A DNA stretch of 32,000 bases from positions 85,137-117,136 of the forward strand of contig JAFUTX010000013.1 in assembly GCA_017484065.1 (NCBI GenBank), in the 5' to 3' direction. The stretch is from Bacilli bacterium (GTDB lineage Bacteria > Bacillota_I > Bacilli_A > RF39 > UBA660). Shown here one piece after another: positions 8,891-18,835 of the stretch (within the stretch, counting starts at the first letter, position 1; each line of letters opens with the position of its first letter). The position numbers and the translations under genes were made by a program. The notes below the pieces were generated by a model, which had not been told where the DNA came from, did no database searches, and was given only the letters and a program-made list of their open reading frames with translations.

Positions 8891-10246
8891 TTACGTTCTT
8901 TTAGATAGCTCTACTACTTTACGCCAAAGCAACGGTCCTACTACACCATTAACGTCAAATCCATAATCTTGTTGAAGTTTAAATACTGACTTTTCAGTTA
9001 ATTCATCAAATGTTCCATTAACTCTTACTCCCGGAATAGATTTATCAAACTTACATATAGCTAATAAAAATTTTTGAAATCTTTTGATATCTGCTCCACT
9101 CATTCCTCTAACTAAAAAGTAATCTGGATATAACTCATTTACATAATCTTTATATTCACTTGGAAAAGACTTTAATATTTCATTATAAGCTTTTTTTAAT
9201 ATTTGCCAATCAACATAAGTAAATACTCCTGTTACAGGTAAACCATATTTTGATTGAAAAGCCTTAACCATAGTAATTGTATTATTATTATAAATAGAGT
9301 TTGTTTGAAGTCTGGGAATATCTGGGTCTAAAAATGATATAGCATCTAAATAATAATGAACGTATTGTACTTCAATACCAGTATCACCATAATCTAATCT
9401 ATCAGTATAAAGAAAAGTTACTTCATCTTCGTTTAGGCCTTCGCTATATAAATCACCTAGTTTTTTGACACTATTATATACATATTTAATCTTATACCAA
9501 GTACCTTTATCAACAGTACCAGTTATAGGTAAACTAAATATTTCTTGAAACTTTTTAACAGCATTAACAGTTTCTTCATCATAGATACCTAAAGTAGTTT
9601 TAATATCAGGTATAGCTGGATAATTTTTTCTAATTCTTTTTAAATCTCTTTGAATAGCAAGTACAGGATTACCAGCTGAACCTAACCCAACTGGAGAACC
9701 AGGATAACCTTCTGTAGTATCTCCTACTGGGGCATCATATTTTATAGATATATCTTTACCATAGTAGTTTTGCAATATTTGAAGTGGTGTTTTGCCTTGA
9801 TTAGCAAGTGTTACACACCCCCATTGACTTAGACCAGCACAAGTAGTAACTCGACCATCACAATAAGTTGTAAAATATGGTTGAACTTGATTACCTTTAA
9901 CAACATAATTATCAAAAATATCATCAACTATAACTGAAATATTTTCGTAAACAGATCGATTTTCAACATATTTTTGATCATAAGCAGGCGACGATGTTAT
10001 GTCAAAGTTATAGCCTTTAGAACGATACCATTCATTATAGATTCTATTCATAGCAAAAGAAATTATTGCATAAATATTTGCTATTAAAGCATTTTTAGGC
10101 CATGTCGGATAAAGTTCATTAGAAGCTACATTAGCTATATAATCAGTAAATGGAACTGTAATATTTCTCGCAGCTTCATCAGGTTTACCTAAGTGAACAG
10201 TAATATTATTTGGAACTATTGGATACCTAACGGCCATTAAAACCAC
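8891..10246 (-). CDS. SleC-like spore cortex-lytic enzyme body (catalytic region plus several PG_binding_1 repeats), lacking the N-terminal prodomain
   Basis: ITVHLGKPDEAARNITVPFTDYIANVASNELYPTWPKNALIANIYAIISFAMNRIYNEWYRSKGYNFDITSSPAYDQ matches my recollection of the conserved core of clostridial SleC. Peptidoglycan-binding repeats follow (e.g. GDTGIEVQYVHYYL, GMSGADIKRFQKFL). The probable start is the ATG at 10237, preceded by AGGTGG. Confidence 0.6.
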   Translation of the reverse strand: MVLMAVRYPIVPNNITVHLGKPDEAARNITVPFTDYIANVASNELYPTWPKNALIANIYAIISFAMNRIYNEWYRSKGYNFDITSSPAYDQKYVENRSVYENISVIVDDIFDNYVVKGNQVQPYFTTYCDGRVTTCAGLSQWGCVTLANQGKTPLQILQNYYGKDISIKYDAPVGDTTEGYPGSPVGLGSAGNPVLAIQRDLKRIRKNYPAIPDIKTTLGIYDEETVNAVKKFQEIFSLPITGTVDKGTWYKIKYVYNSVKKLGDLYSEGLNEDEVTFLYTDRLDYGDTGIEVQYVHYYLDAISFLDPDIPRLQTNSIYNNNTITMVKAFQSKYGLPVTGVFTYVDWQILKKAYNEILKSFPSEYKDYVNELYPDYFLVRGMSGADIKRFQKFLLAICKFDKSIPGVRVNGTFDELTEKSVFKLQQDYGFDVNGVVGPLLWRKVVELSKRT

Positions 10247-10649
10247 CTACATTTAAATCAACTTTAGGTACTACACTAATGTTTTGAACTACACATATAT
10301 CTTCATAAATATTTACTTTATAAAAAGTATCAATATTATCAGGAACATATTTGGCTTCTATATCATACTTAGCAGCATTAGGTGCATCTAAGTTATCAGG
10401 ATTTAATTTAGGCGCTGGCAAGTTTATGTTTTCAACTACCCCAGATTCATTAGTTAAACCATCATAAAAGATTATTTTAGAATTTTCATAAACAGTACTA
10501 ACTATTATTTCCATCCCTTTAACTGGTACAGCTTGGTTAGCAGCAAATGCCCTAACTCGAAGCATTCCTTCACTTGGATTATCCTTTAAATAATCTTGAT
10601 ATATTTTAGAATTTAAAAATTCTTGATCTTTAATATAATAAGTATTCAT
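10227..10649 (-). CDS. SleC N-terminal prodomain-like protein (carboxypeptidase-regulatory-like beta fold) encoded as a separate ORF
   Basis: EGMLRVRAFAANQAVPVKGMEIIVS...SGVVENINLPAP resembles the start of clostridial pro-SleC as I remember it. Its stop overlaps the downstream SleC-like ORF. Confidence 0.5.
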   Translation of the reverse strand: MNTYYIKDQEFLNSKIYQDYLKDNPSEGMLRVRAFAANQAVPVKGMEIIVSTVYENSKIIFYDGLTNESGVVENINLPAPKLNPDNLDAPNAAKYDIEAKYVPDNIDTFYKVNIYEDICVVQNISVVPKVDLNVGGFNGR

Positions 10650-10660
10650 ACAATCCCCCT

Positions 10661-11566
10661 TTAAATTTTTAATACTTGCCCTATACTTAGATTATTGCTA
10701 GTTAAGTTATTCTTTCTTTTAATATTATCCACAGTAGTATTATACTTTTTAGCTATTAAGTATAAAGAATCACCTTTTTTTACCGTATAAGTTATAGTTG
10801 TACTACTATTATTACTTGGTATTTTTAACTCTTGACCGATACTTAAAATATTACTCTTTAAATTATTAGTATTAATAATATCATTAACACTTACATTATA
10901 TTTTTGACTTATACTATATAAGCTATCTCCTCTTTTTACTACATAAGTTACAGTATTAGTTGGACTAGATATATCAGGAATATAATCTTCACCAAAACAT
11001 TCTTCTACTTCCATAGTTACTCCACTTGGAATACGAATCTTTAGCTGTTGACCTATATTTAAAATATTACTAGTTAAAGAATTATCTTGAATTAATGTAT
11101 CAACACTTATATTGTTATTCTTAGCTATTGAGTACAGTGAATCTCCTTTTTTTACTGTATAATTAGAATACTGTGGTAATACTATTTCTTCTTCTGGTGT
11201 ATACATCTCTGGTATTCTTAATACTTGTCCTATGCTTAAATTAGTACTTTTTAAATAATTTAAATCAATTATTTTTTGTACTGTTGTACCATACTTGCTT
11301 GCTATCTTATATAGACTATCACCACTTTTTACTGTATACATAAACATTGTATCTGGATTAGTAGCAGATTTAGTGGGTATAGTAAGTACTCTTCCTACTT
11401 GTAAATTACTACCATAAATATTATTAAGTTCAGCAAGTTCTGTAACTGATACACCAAACTGATTACTTATCCCATATAAAGTATCGCCACTTTTTACAGT
11501 ATATGTTTGATTTATTTTTATCACCTCTCTATCAAACAATATGCAAAAAAGATAAGATATAACCAA
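10661..11566 (-). CDS. Protein with five LysM peptidoglycan-binding repeats
   Basis: Five copies of Y-[TV]-V-K-x-G-D-[ST]-L-Y-x-I-[AS]...L-x-[IV]-G-Q-x-L-[KRT]-I-P. The start codon is uncertain; the first ~15 aa of the track ORF look non-native. Confidence 0.8.
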   Translation of the reverse strand: MVISYLFCILFDREVIKINQTYTVKSGDTLYGISNQFGVSVTELAELNNIYGSNLQVGRVLTIPTKSATNPDTMFMYTVKSGDSLYKIASKYGTTVQKIIDLNYLKSTNLSIGQVLRIPEMYTPEEEIVLPQYSNYTVKKGDSLYSIAKNNNISVDTLIQDNSLTSNILNIGQQLKIRIPSGVTMEVEECFGEDYIPDISSPTNTVTYVVKRGDSLYSISQKYNVSVNDIINTNNLKSNILSIGQELKIPSNNSSTTITYTVKKGDSLYLIAKKYNTTVDNIKRKNNLTSNNLSIGQVLKI

Positions 11567-11568
11567 TC

Positions 11569-12702
11569 TTATCTTAATTTTTTATCAAAACTATTCAATT
11601 CATATATTTCATTTAATAGCTTATTGTTACCCTTAGTATACTCATTTAACTTAATATGAATATTATTATCTAACTCATAAGGCAAACTTGTTATATTGAT
11701 ATTATCAAAAACATGCTCTAGTCTTCTATAACTTCTTAATAATTTATCAGATAGATTCCTTTGAATTTCTTCGTGTTTATTAGTAAGTATATGTAATTCG
11801 TTATTTAGTTTCTCAACCTCGTAACCTTTTTTCTTCAATAATTCAATTTTATAAATATAACTTATTTCTTTAGCGTTATATCTAACCGGCAAAAAATTAG
11901 GAACAATTATATCGCTAATATTTTCTTTTTCTAATAAAGATAGTAGATAAGTAAGTACTACTAATGCTGAAGGACTTATTCCAGTTAAATTTTCTGGATA
12001 CTCAACATTATCTATATTATCTTCTTTATCAAAATTTTCATTAACTTTAAATAATTTTCGATGTATTTTCTTTTGATAATTATAAACTTCTTCATTTATA
12101 ATGTTCTTTTCTTTCATTTGTTGAATAGCATAAATATATGCCTTATTTTCATAAATACCAAATCTTATTACTGGATAATTATAATATAGATTATTATTAG
12201 TACAACGCATATATAAAGCATAAGGAGTTTCTTCATATATTGGTTCTTCTTTTAAACATACTTCTACATCACTATCTAAAACAGAACTATAGCCAATACT
12301 TTGATAATTATTTAACTCTAAAAAATTAGGTTTATCTAAAAATGCTGTATATCTTTTTATATAAGGAATTGGATTTTTAAAATCATCTTCTGTAGCATTA
12401 TTCCATAAAAGTGTTAAGATAGTCTTATTAAAATCATCCTCTTTATCTATTTTATCTTTATAAAACACTTTGGCTCTTTCGTAATACTCCATTAAAGTTT
12501 CATCAAATAAAGATTTATTATTAATAAACAAAGTAGGAATAAATAAAGAATTGTTTTTAGACATTTCTTCATCTATTTTATATAGCATTTTGCCTTCAAC
12601 TACAGTTTTAAATAAAACATTATACATCATATTACAATCTACTCTGCCAAAGCTAGCATCTTTAGCCACCTCATTATAAAATACATTTAATATATCGTTC
12701 AT
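11569..12702 (-). CDS. Hypothetical protein (377 aa), no domain recognised
   Basis: Long intact ORF packed between its neighbours (2 nt and 20 nt gaps). No recognisable motif. Confidence 0.5.
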   Translation of the reverse strand: MNDILNVFYNEVAKDASFGRVDCNMMYNVLFKTVVEGKMLYKIDEEMSKNNSLFIPTLFINNKSLFDETLMEYYERAKVFYKDKIDKEDDFNKTILTLLWNNATEDDFKNPIPYIKRYTAFLDKPNFLELNNYQSIGYSSVLDSDVEVCLKEEPIYEETPYALYMRCTNNNLYYNYPVIRFGIYENKAYIYAIQQMKEKNIINEEVYNYQKKIHRKLFKVNENFDKEDNIDNVEYPENLTGISPSALVVLTYLLSLLEKENISDIIVPNFLPVRYNAKEISYIYKIELLKKKGYEVEKLNNELHILTNKHEEIQRNLSDKLLRSYRRLEHVFDNINITSLPYELDNNIHIKLNEYTKGNNKLLNEIYELNSFDKKLR

Positions 12703-12722
12703 ATTATTTCCTCTAAAATAAT

Positions 12723-13379
12723 TTATTTTTTTACTCTTTCAAGCTTTTTTTGGTTAACCAAGCTATTGTACTTATATTCTGCCATATCAGCATCACATCT
12801 TAAAAAGCATGCCATTTGTCTATAATAATCAGCATATGTACCATTTTTTTCTTCTACTGCATCAGCTTTTTCTTCATATTTTTCACTTTTTTCAAATAAA
12901 TATAATGCTCTTAAAGAATTGAAACCTCTCATATTTTTATTTCTTCGTATTACTTCTTCTAAATATTTTTTTATGTATTCTGGTTTGCTAACTTCTTCTA
13001 CATTATAATCTCTTACTTTTATTTCAGGCACTTTTTTTTCTAGCAATAACTCAAACCATGCTGCAACTATATGCCTATGGCAAAACTTAGTATTATCTTC
13101 ATAACAAAGTAATATAGAATTTTCAAGTTCTTCATATACATCTTTAGGATCTAATTTAGCCAAAACTTGTTTATAGTATTCATTTATATAATATTTATTA
13201 TTTTCTTCTTCAGATATTTTTCCAATATTTTCATGCCATACTTTCCAAAAAGATAGTTTTGGTGCTAATTTAGGATAACAATTTCCTTTATAATTGACAT
13301 CTTTACCACGGTTACCTGATATTGAATAAGTAAAATTTTTATTAGATTGACATTCTTCATAACTACTTGTACAAATCAT
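12723..13379 (-). CDS. Hypothetical protein, possibly DUF488-like
   Basis: The pattern Y..LAPK..FW..W ... Y...Y...L..LD...V...L....ILLCYED....CHRHIVAAWFE resembles DUF488-type proteins. This is recollection only. Confidence 0.35.
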   Translation of the reverse strand: MICTSSYEECQSNKNFTYSISGNRGKDVNYKGNCYPKLAPKLSFWKVWHENIGKISEEENNKYYINEYYKQVLAKLDPKDVYEELENSILLCYEDNTKFCHRHIVAAWFELLLEKKVPEIKVRDYNVEEVSKPEYIKKYLEEVIRRNKNMRGFNSLRALYLFEKSEKYEEKADAVEEKNGTYADYYRQMACFLRCDADMAEYKYNSLVNQKKLERVKK

Positions 13380-13498
13380 TTTATTCCTCCTATATTTATC
13401 CCCATTTATTCTTTATAAAATATATTATATCACATATTGATATCTTTTGGCTTTTTTTAATTTAATTGTTATAATAGAACATAGAAAGAAGGAAAAAC

Positions 13499-14131
13499 AT
13501 GAAAATAGCAATAATAAATGAAAATAGTCAAGCAAGTAAAAATAGTATTATAGTAAACAGTTTAAAAAAAGTTATTAAAGATAATGATAAAATAATAAAT
13601 ATAGGTATGTTTAATAATGACGATAAGAGTCTAACTTATGTAGAAAATGGTTTAATGGCCGCAGTACTGCTTAATACAGGTATGGCAGATTTTATAATAA
13701 CTGGCTGTGGTACAGGTAGTGGTGCTATGCTTGCTTTAAATAGTTTCCCAGGTGTATTTTGTGGACTTATTACTGATCCGTTAGATGCTTATCTTTTTAG
13801 TCAAATAAATGGAGGTAACGCTATAAGTATTCCTTATGCCAAAGGTTTTGGTTGGGGAAGCGAACTACAACTTGAATATATTTTTGAAAAACTATTTAAA
13901 GATGAATTTGGTGGAGGCTATCCAATTGAAAGAAAAGAACCTGAGCAAAGAAATGCTAAAATACTAGCTGATATAAAAAATAAAACAACTAGAAATATGA
14001 TAGATATTTTAAAAGACATTGATGATGAAATGGTTAAACAAGTTTTTGATAGAGAATCATTTAAAAATATACTACATACTTGCAATAATTCGGAAATAAA
14101 GGAATATTTAGAACAAAAAATTAATGAGTGA
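13499..14131 (+). CDS. RpiB/LacA/LacB family sugar-phosphate isomerase (long form)
   Basis: MKIAIINENSQ...ITGCGTGSGAMLALNSFPGV matches the conserved C-G-[TS]-G-x-G active-site loop. GAAGGA RBS upstream. Confidence 0.7.
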   Translation: MKIAIINENSQASKNSIIVNSLKKVIKDNDKIINIGMFNNDDKSLTYVENGLMAAVLLNTGMADFIITGCGTGSGAMLALNSFPGVFCGLITDPLDAYLFSQINGGNAISIPYAKGFGWGSELQLEYIFEKLFKDEFGGGYPIERKEPEQRNAKILADIKNKTTRNMIDILKDIDDEMVKQVFDRESFKNILHTCNNSEIKEYLEQKINE

Positions 14132-14167
14132 TTATATTAAAGTGTCCTAAAAAGGGTTCACTTCAAA

Positions 14168-15424
14168 TCACTCATTTTTTAATAAATTATTTATTGCAAT
14201 TAGTACACCCAACTTACCATATTCATATGTAAGTGCTCCTTGTTGATAAGCAATAAATGGTTCTCTTAATGGTCCATCACATGATAATTCAATACTTGAC
14301 CCTTGATTAAATGATCCACTCGCCATTATAACTTTATCATCATAGCCAGGCATTGGGCTAGGTATTGGTGAAACAAATGAATCAATAGCTGAGCCATATT
14401 GAATACCCTCGACATATTTTATTAGATCATCGCTATTACCAAATATGATGTTTTGAACTATATCTACTCTCTCGCTATTATACTTAGGTTCAATTTGGTA
14501 ATTTAACTTTTCTAATATCGCACTTGTAAAGACTGCTGTTTTTAGTGCACTTGCAACAACACTTGGTGCAAAGTATAAACCTTGTAAGATACTTTTATTA
14601 ATACCCAAAGTCGGTCCAACTTCTACTCCTTCTCCAGGAAGGGTTAATCTTTCACCACAAAGTTCTATTAAATCTTTTTTGCCAACTATATATGCTCCAT
14701 TAGGAGCAATACCTGCTCCTAAATTTTTAATTAACGAACCTACTGTGATATCTGCTCCTACTTCACTAGGTTCCGTAGTTGTAACAAATTCACAATAACA
14801 ATTATCAACCATCACTATAATATTTTTATCTATACTTTTAATTAATTTAATAACTTTTTCTACTTTTTCTATACTAATACTTTTTCTAGTAGAATAGCCT
14901 TTGCTTCTTTGAATTTCTATTAATTTAACTTTATTATGTTTTAAATATTCCTCTATTTTTTGATAATCAAAATCATCATTTACTAAATCTATTTGATCAT
15001 ACTTTATCCCAAATGCTTTTAGTGATGATGGGTTATTTTTAATGCCTATTACTTCATGTAACGTATCATATGGTAAACCACTAATACTAAGTAGTGTATC
15101 ACTTGGACGCAATATAGCAAAAAGTGCAGTCGATAAAGCGTGTGATCCAGACACAAATTGATTTCTTACTAAAGCTGCTTCTGTTTTAAATATATCACAA
15201 TATACTTTTTCAATAACATCTCTACCTAAATCACCATAACCATATCCTGTAGTTGAATTAAAATGATTTTCACTTACTTTATTATTTCTAAAAGCATTTA
15301 ATACTTTAATACTATTATTTAAACATATATCATCTATTTTTTTAAATTCATCCTGTATTTCCAATTCGCAAACATTTGCTAAATCAAAAATTTTATTGTC
15401 AATGTTATTCATTATTAACCCCAC
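14168..15424 (-). CDS. YnbB-like PLP-dependent enzyme (aluminium-resistance / methionine gamma-lyase-like family)
   Basis: The N-terminal ...VLNAFRNNKVSENHFNSTTGYGYGDLGRDVIEKVY... and the overall length are typical of this family. Confidence 0.65.
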   Translation of the reverse strand: MGLIMNNIDNKIFDLANVCELEIQDEFKKIDDICLNNSIKVLNAFRNNKVSENHFNSTTGYGYGDLGRDVIEKVYCDIFKTEAALVRNQFVSGSHALSTALFAILRPSDTLLSISGLPYDTLHEVIGIKNNPSSLKAFGIKYDQIDLVNDDFDYQKIEEYLKHNKVKLIEIQRSKGYSTRKSISIEKVEKVIKLIKSIDKNIIVMVDNCYCEFVTTTEPSEVGADITVGSLIKNLGAGIAPNGAYIVGKKDLIELCGERLTLPGEGVEVGPTLGINKSILQGLYFAPSVVASALKTAVFTSAILEKLNYQIEPKYNSERVDIVQNIIFGNSDDLIKYVEGIQYGSAIDSFVSPIPSPMPGYDDKVIMASGSFNQGSSIELSCDGPLREPFIAYQQGALTYEYGKLGVLIAINNLLKNE

Positions 15425-16145
15425 CGTCTACTCTTATAATAGTACCATTAATATAGCTTGCTTCATCACTAGCTAAAAAACGTATTACTTTAGCTATTTC
15501 AGCTGGCTGTGCAAACCTATTTAATAATATTTTTTTACATTCGTTGCTAATATATTCTTTATCTAATTCTTTATTCATTGAAGTATTAACCCATCCAGGT
15601 GCCACTGTATTAACATTTACATATGGAGCATATGCCTTAGCTAGATTTTTAGTTAAAGATATAACTCCCGCTTTACTAGCATCATAATCTAGACTATAAA
15701 CGTATTCTGTATCTATAGCATTAGTTGAAGATATATTTATTATCTTACCACTTTGTTGTTCTAACAATATTTTACCTACTGCTTTACTAACCAAAAACAT
15801 ACCAACTAGATTAACTTCTAATATTTTTAAGAAATTATCTTTTGTTTTATCTTCTAATGTAGTATCTATAGCAATACCAGCATTATTTACAAGTACATCT
15901 ACCCTATTAAATTTAGTAATTACTTTATCTACCATTCTTTTTACTTCTTCTTCATTACTAACATCTGCCTTCACACATAAACATTCTGTATTAAAATCTT
16001 GTTCTATTTGTCTTGCTAAATTTTTAGCTTCTTCTGCACTTTGATTATAATTAATAACTATATTATAACCAGATGCAGCAAATTCTTTAGCAGTAGCAGC
16101 ACCAATCCCTCTACTAGCTCCTGTTATTAATGCAACTTTCTTCAT
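15405..16145 (-). CDS. Short-chain dehydrogenase/reductase, FabG-like
   Basis: TGASRGIG cofactor motif, NNAG, and catalytic S...YxxxK (YDASKAG). It overlaps the downstream gene by 20 nt. Confidence 0.8.
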   Translation of the reverse strand: MKKVALITGASRGIGAATAKEFAASGYNIVINYNQSAEEAKNLARQIEQDFNTECLCVKADVSNEEEVKRMVDKVITKFNRVDVLVNNAGIAIDTTLEDKTKDNFLKILEVNLVGMFLVSKAVGKILLEQQSGKIINISSTNAIDTEYVYSLDYDASKAGVISLTKNLAKAYAPYVNVNTVAPGWVNTSMNKELDKEYISNECKKILLNRFAQPAEIAKVIRFLASDEASYINGTIIRVDGGVNNE

Positions 16146-16224
16146 TCAAACATCACCTAAAAAGATTATAGCAAAATAAAAGAAATTTACAAGTAAACTT
16201 CCTTTAAATTAATCTTTATTACAA

Positions 16225-17055
16225 TTATTGTTCTATTTTTATATCTTTACCATTTGATAATACAGTTATACTTCCATCACTAGTTAAATAATACTTAATA
16301 TTATATTTGTTTAGCATCTCTACGGTTTCATCCTCACAACCTTCTTCTTTTGAACAAGTCATAACGGCATATTTAATATTTTTAGTTTCTAATAGATTAT
16401 CTAATCTTTTTAAATAATTACCATGATAAGGCACCTTCAAGAAGTCATATTCTTCATTATTATTATTTAAAAAGTCCTTAATACGAGCATTCTGTGCATC
16501 CCCCATAAATAAATATTTATTATCTTTATATTTAATAGTTGTTATTAATGAAGAGTTATTGCTTTCATTACTATCATAAATTTCATCTGGTCCATTAACC
16601 ACAATTTCTAAATCAGATAAAGATATTTCATAATCACCTGATATAGTAATTGGATCAATGTTTTTATTTTTTAGAGAAGTTAAATAATTATTATAATATT
16701 CACTTTCTTTAGGATAATTACTTTGTAGAACATTGTCTACTTCAATACTATCAATAATCTTAGATGCACTTCCTACATGATCTTTATCAAAATGAGTTAT
16801 TATTAAATAATCTAACTTAGTTATATTATTCTTTTTAAAATAATTTATAATATCTTTACTTAAATTTTGTTCTCCTGTATCAATCATCATATATTTATCA
16901 TTTTTACTTATCAAAATAGCATCAGCCTTACCAGCATTAAAGAAATATATTCTTAAATCATATGATTCATCCACACTTCTACTAGCATATAAGAAAATTA
17001 ATAAAGCTACTAATAAAGCAATTATTATTACTATAATTATTTTATCACTTTTCAT
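16225..17055 (-). CDS. Membrane-anchored MBL-fold metallo-hydrolase (ComEC C-terminal-domain-like)
   Basis: N-terminal TM helix, then NAGKADAILI...MIDTG...ITHFDKDHVG (HxHxDH variant) and a late PYHG motif. Confidence 0.65.
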   Translation of the reverse strand: MKSDKIIIVIIIALLVALLIFLYASRSVDESYDLRIYFFNAGKADAILISKNDKYMMIDTGEQNLSKDIINYFKKNNITKLDYLIITHFDKDHVGSASKIIDSIEVDNVLQSNYPKESEYYNNYLTSLKNKNIDPITISGDYEISLSDLEIVVNGPDEIYDSNESNNSSLITTIKYKDNKYLFMGDAQNARIKDFLNNNNEEYDFLKVPYHGNYLKRLDNLLETKNIKYAVMTCSKEEGCEDETVEMLNKYNIKYYLTSDGSITVLSNGKDIKIEQ

Positions 17056-17160
17056 ATTTCATCATTCCAAACTAATTAAATTTTTATAATTATAACATGT
17101 ATTTTATTACTAACAAAGAATTTTTAACTTAATATAGGTAATAATATTAATGGTGATTAA

Positions 17161-17901
17161 ATGAATATTTTTACTAACAGAACTGATCTTTATTTTGAAA
17201 AGAAAAATTTAAAGTATCTACATGATAATATTAGTTTACATAAAGAAATAGAAAATAATTATTTATACCATACTATTTACTTTCCTAATAGTTTCAACAG
17301 CAAAAACCTAATAAATATATTAAAAAATGAATTAATCTTTTTTATCAATAATTGTGATATACATAATTTTAGTCATATACTAGTAGTTGGGTTAGGTAAC
17401 AAATTGCACACCGCTGATAGTGTTGGTCCAGAAGTATTAAAATATTTAAATATAACTAGTCATTTAAATCTTTTTAATATAGATAACAAAATAAAAATAT
17501 CTGCTATTGAACCAGGTGTATTATCTACTACTGGAATACCTACTGATAAAATAGTAAAGAGCATAGCGGATAAAATAAAGCCAGATTTACTAATATTAAT
17601 AGATGCCTATGTAACTAATAACATTGACAATTTAAACCATACCATTGAAATTACTAATGAAGGAATTATACCTGGAAGTGGTATTAAAGGAATAAATAAT
17701 GCCATTAATAAAGAAATACTAAATATACCTACTATATCTATAGGTGTACCTACTGCAATTGAAATTAAGCTTAATTCCAAGAAAAAAGATAATGAATTTA
17801 CTTATTTATTATCAACTAATAGTATTGATTCTTATATATCTAACATAAGTAGAATAATAGCTTATAGTTTAAATGAAACATTTAATAATTTTAATGCATG
17901 A
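17161..17901 (+). CDS. gpr: GPR endopeptidase (spore germination protease), compact form
   Basis: RTDL near the N-terminus, then VVGLGNKLHTADSVGPEV, ISAIEPGVLSTTGIPT, IKPDLLILIDA, ITNEGIIPGSGI and ISIGVPTAIE. All are in the order of the A25 peptidase family. Confidence 0.75.
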   Translation: MNIFTNRTDLYFEKKNLKYLHDNISLHKEIENNYLYHTIYFPNSFNSKNLINILKNELIFFINNCDIHNFSHILVVGLGNKLHTADSVGPEVLKYLNITSHLNLFNIDNKIKISAIEPGVLSTTGIPTDKIVKSIADKIKPDLLILIDAYVTNNIDNLNHTIEITNEGIIPGSGIKGINNAINKEILNIPTISIGVPTAIEIKLNSKKKDNEFTYLLSTNSIDSYISNISRIIAYSLNETFNNFNA

Positions 17902-18817
17902 TAATTTTATCGACATCGTTTAATATTGATGCCTTTACTGATTTATCTTTTAATAAGTTTAACGATGACTTTCTATAGCCTATGTGATTAACACTATTAC
18001 CAGAGTGATATATTTTATTTCTATCAAGAATAAAATATCTATCATTAAATGTATCATCATAATATATAGTTAAGTTATTATAATCTTTATTATATTTATC
18101 TATATCTAATTTAGTTAGTTTAGTATTCTGACCTGTAATTAGTTTAACATCACATTTTAAGTTTTTTATCATATCTAAAATAGTTTTATCAGTATATCTA
18201 TCTATTATTATCAACTCATTTTTAGTCATACTAAAAATATCTATGATTAAGGAATGAGCATCATATATCTTACCATCAAAATATATTTCATTTATTTCTT
18301 TATTTTCTTCTAGCTTCTTTAATGATTTTTCTAACAAATTTATTCTAATAGTATTCTTTCTAATGTTATTATGGTCTTCTAGTATTAAGTTAGTAATATT
18401 TTGATGTTCTAGCAAGTTATTTGAAATATAATGTCTCATTGCTACAAATGCATCCATTATCTTGATACTAACTTCTTCTGCAACTTCAGTATTTAATATA
18501 GTAGCAAGCATAGCAACACCTTGTTCAGTAAAGGCATATGGTAAATATTTAATATGTTGTCCCCTTTTATTTCCATTAATGTTTAAGGTTTCAAATTGAA
18601 ACCTTAAACATTCTTTACATTCTTCTTCTGTTAATTGAAACATAAATCTTTCTGGAAATCTTTTAATATGTCTTTTAACTGCGAGATTTATAGATTTTGT
18701 TCCGTTCTTACATTTATAAAGATAGGCTAAGTCACTATCTAACATAACTTGTTTGCCTCTTATTTCATAAATCATATCTTCAATCTTTAATTCTTCATTT
18801 AATGCTAATTCATTCAT
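17891..18817 (-). CDS. ORF6N (KilA-N-related) domain protein with a conserved C-terminal domain
   Basis: IYEIRGKQVMLDSDLAYLYKCKNGTKSINLAVKRHIKRFPERFMFQLTEEE...LPYAFTEQGVAMLATIL is a typical ORF6N domain. The C-terminal ...NDRYFILDRNKIYHSGNSVNHIG is typical of full-length members. Confidence 0.75.
   Translation of the reverse strand: MNELALNEELKIEDMIYEIRGKQVMLDSDLAYLYKCKNGTKSINLAVKRHIKRFPERFMFQLTEEECKECLRFQFETLNINGNKRGQHIKYLPYAFTEQGVAMLATILNTEVAEEVSIKIMDAFVAMRHYISNNLLEHQNITNLILEDHNNIRKNTIRINLLEKSLKKLEENKEINEIYFDGKIYDAHSLIIDIFSMTKNELIIIDRYTDKTILDMIKNLKCDVKLITGQNTKLTKLDIDKYNKDYNNLTIYYDDTFNDRYFILDRNKIYHSGNSVNHIGYRKSSLNLLKDKSVKASILNDVDKIIMH
18580..18610. repeat. 31-nt perfect palindrome inside the ORF6N coding sequence
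   Basis: TGTTTAAGGTTTCAA-A-TTGAAACCTTAAACA. The arms were verified as exact reverse complements. It encodes CLRFQFETLNI. Confidence 0.9.
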
Positions 18818-18835
18818 ACCAAAACCTCCGAATAA

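Noticed and set aside
10227-10246. A sequencing frameshift artificially splitting a single SleC gene.
   Set aside because: Not excluded, but the downstream frame has its own AGGTGG-N5-ATG initiation signal overlapping the upstream stop, which is typical of genuine coupled genes. It is kept as a finding with this caveat.
14127-14170. An imperfect inverted repeat (AGTGATT...AAATCACT with an inner GTGTCCT/AGGGTTCAC) between the convergent rpiB-like and ynbB-like genes, considered as a terminator.
   Set aside because: The inner stem has mismatches and there is no clear U-tract, so it is too weak to call.
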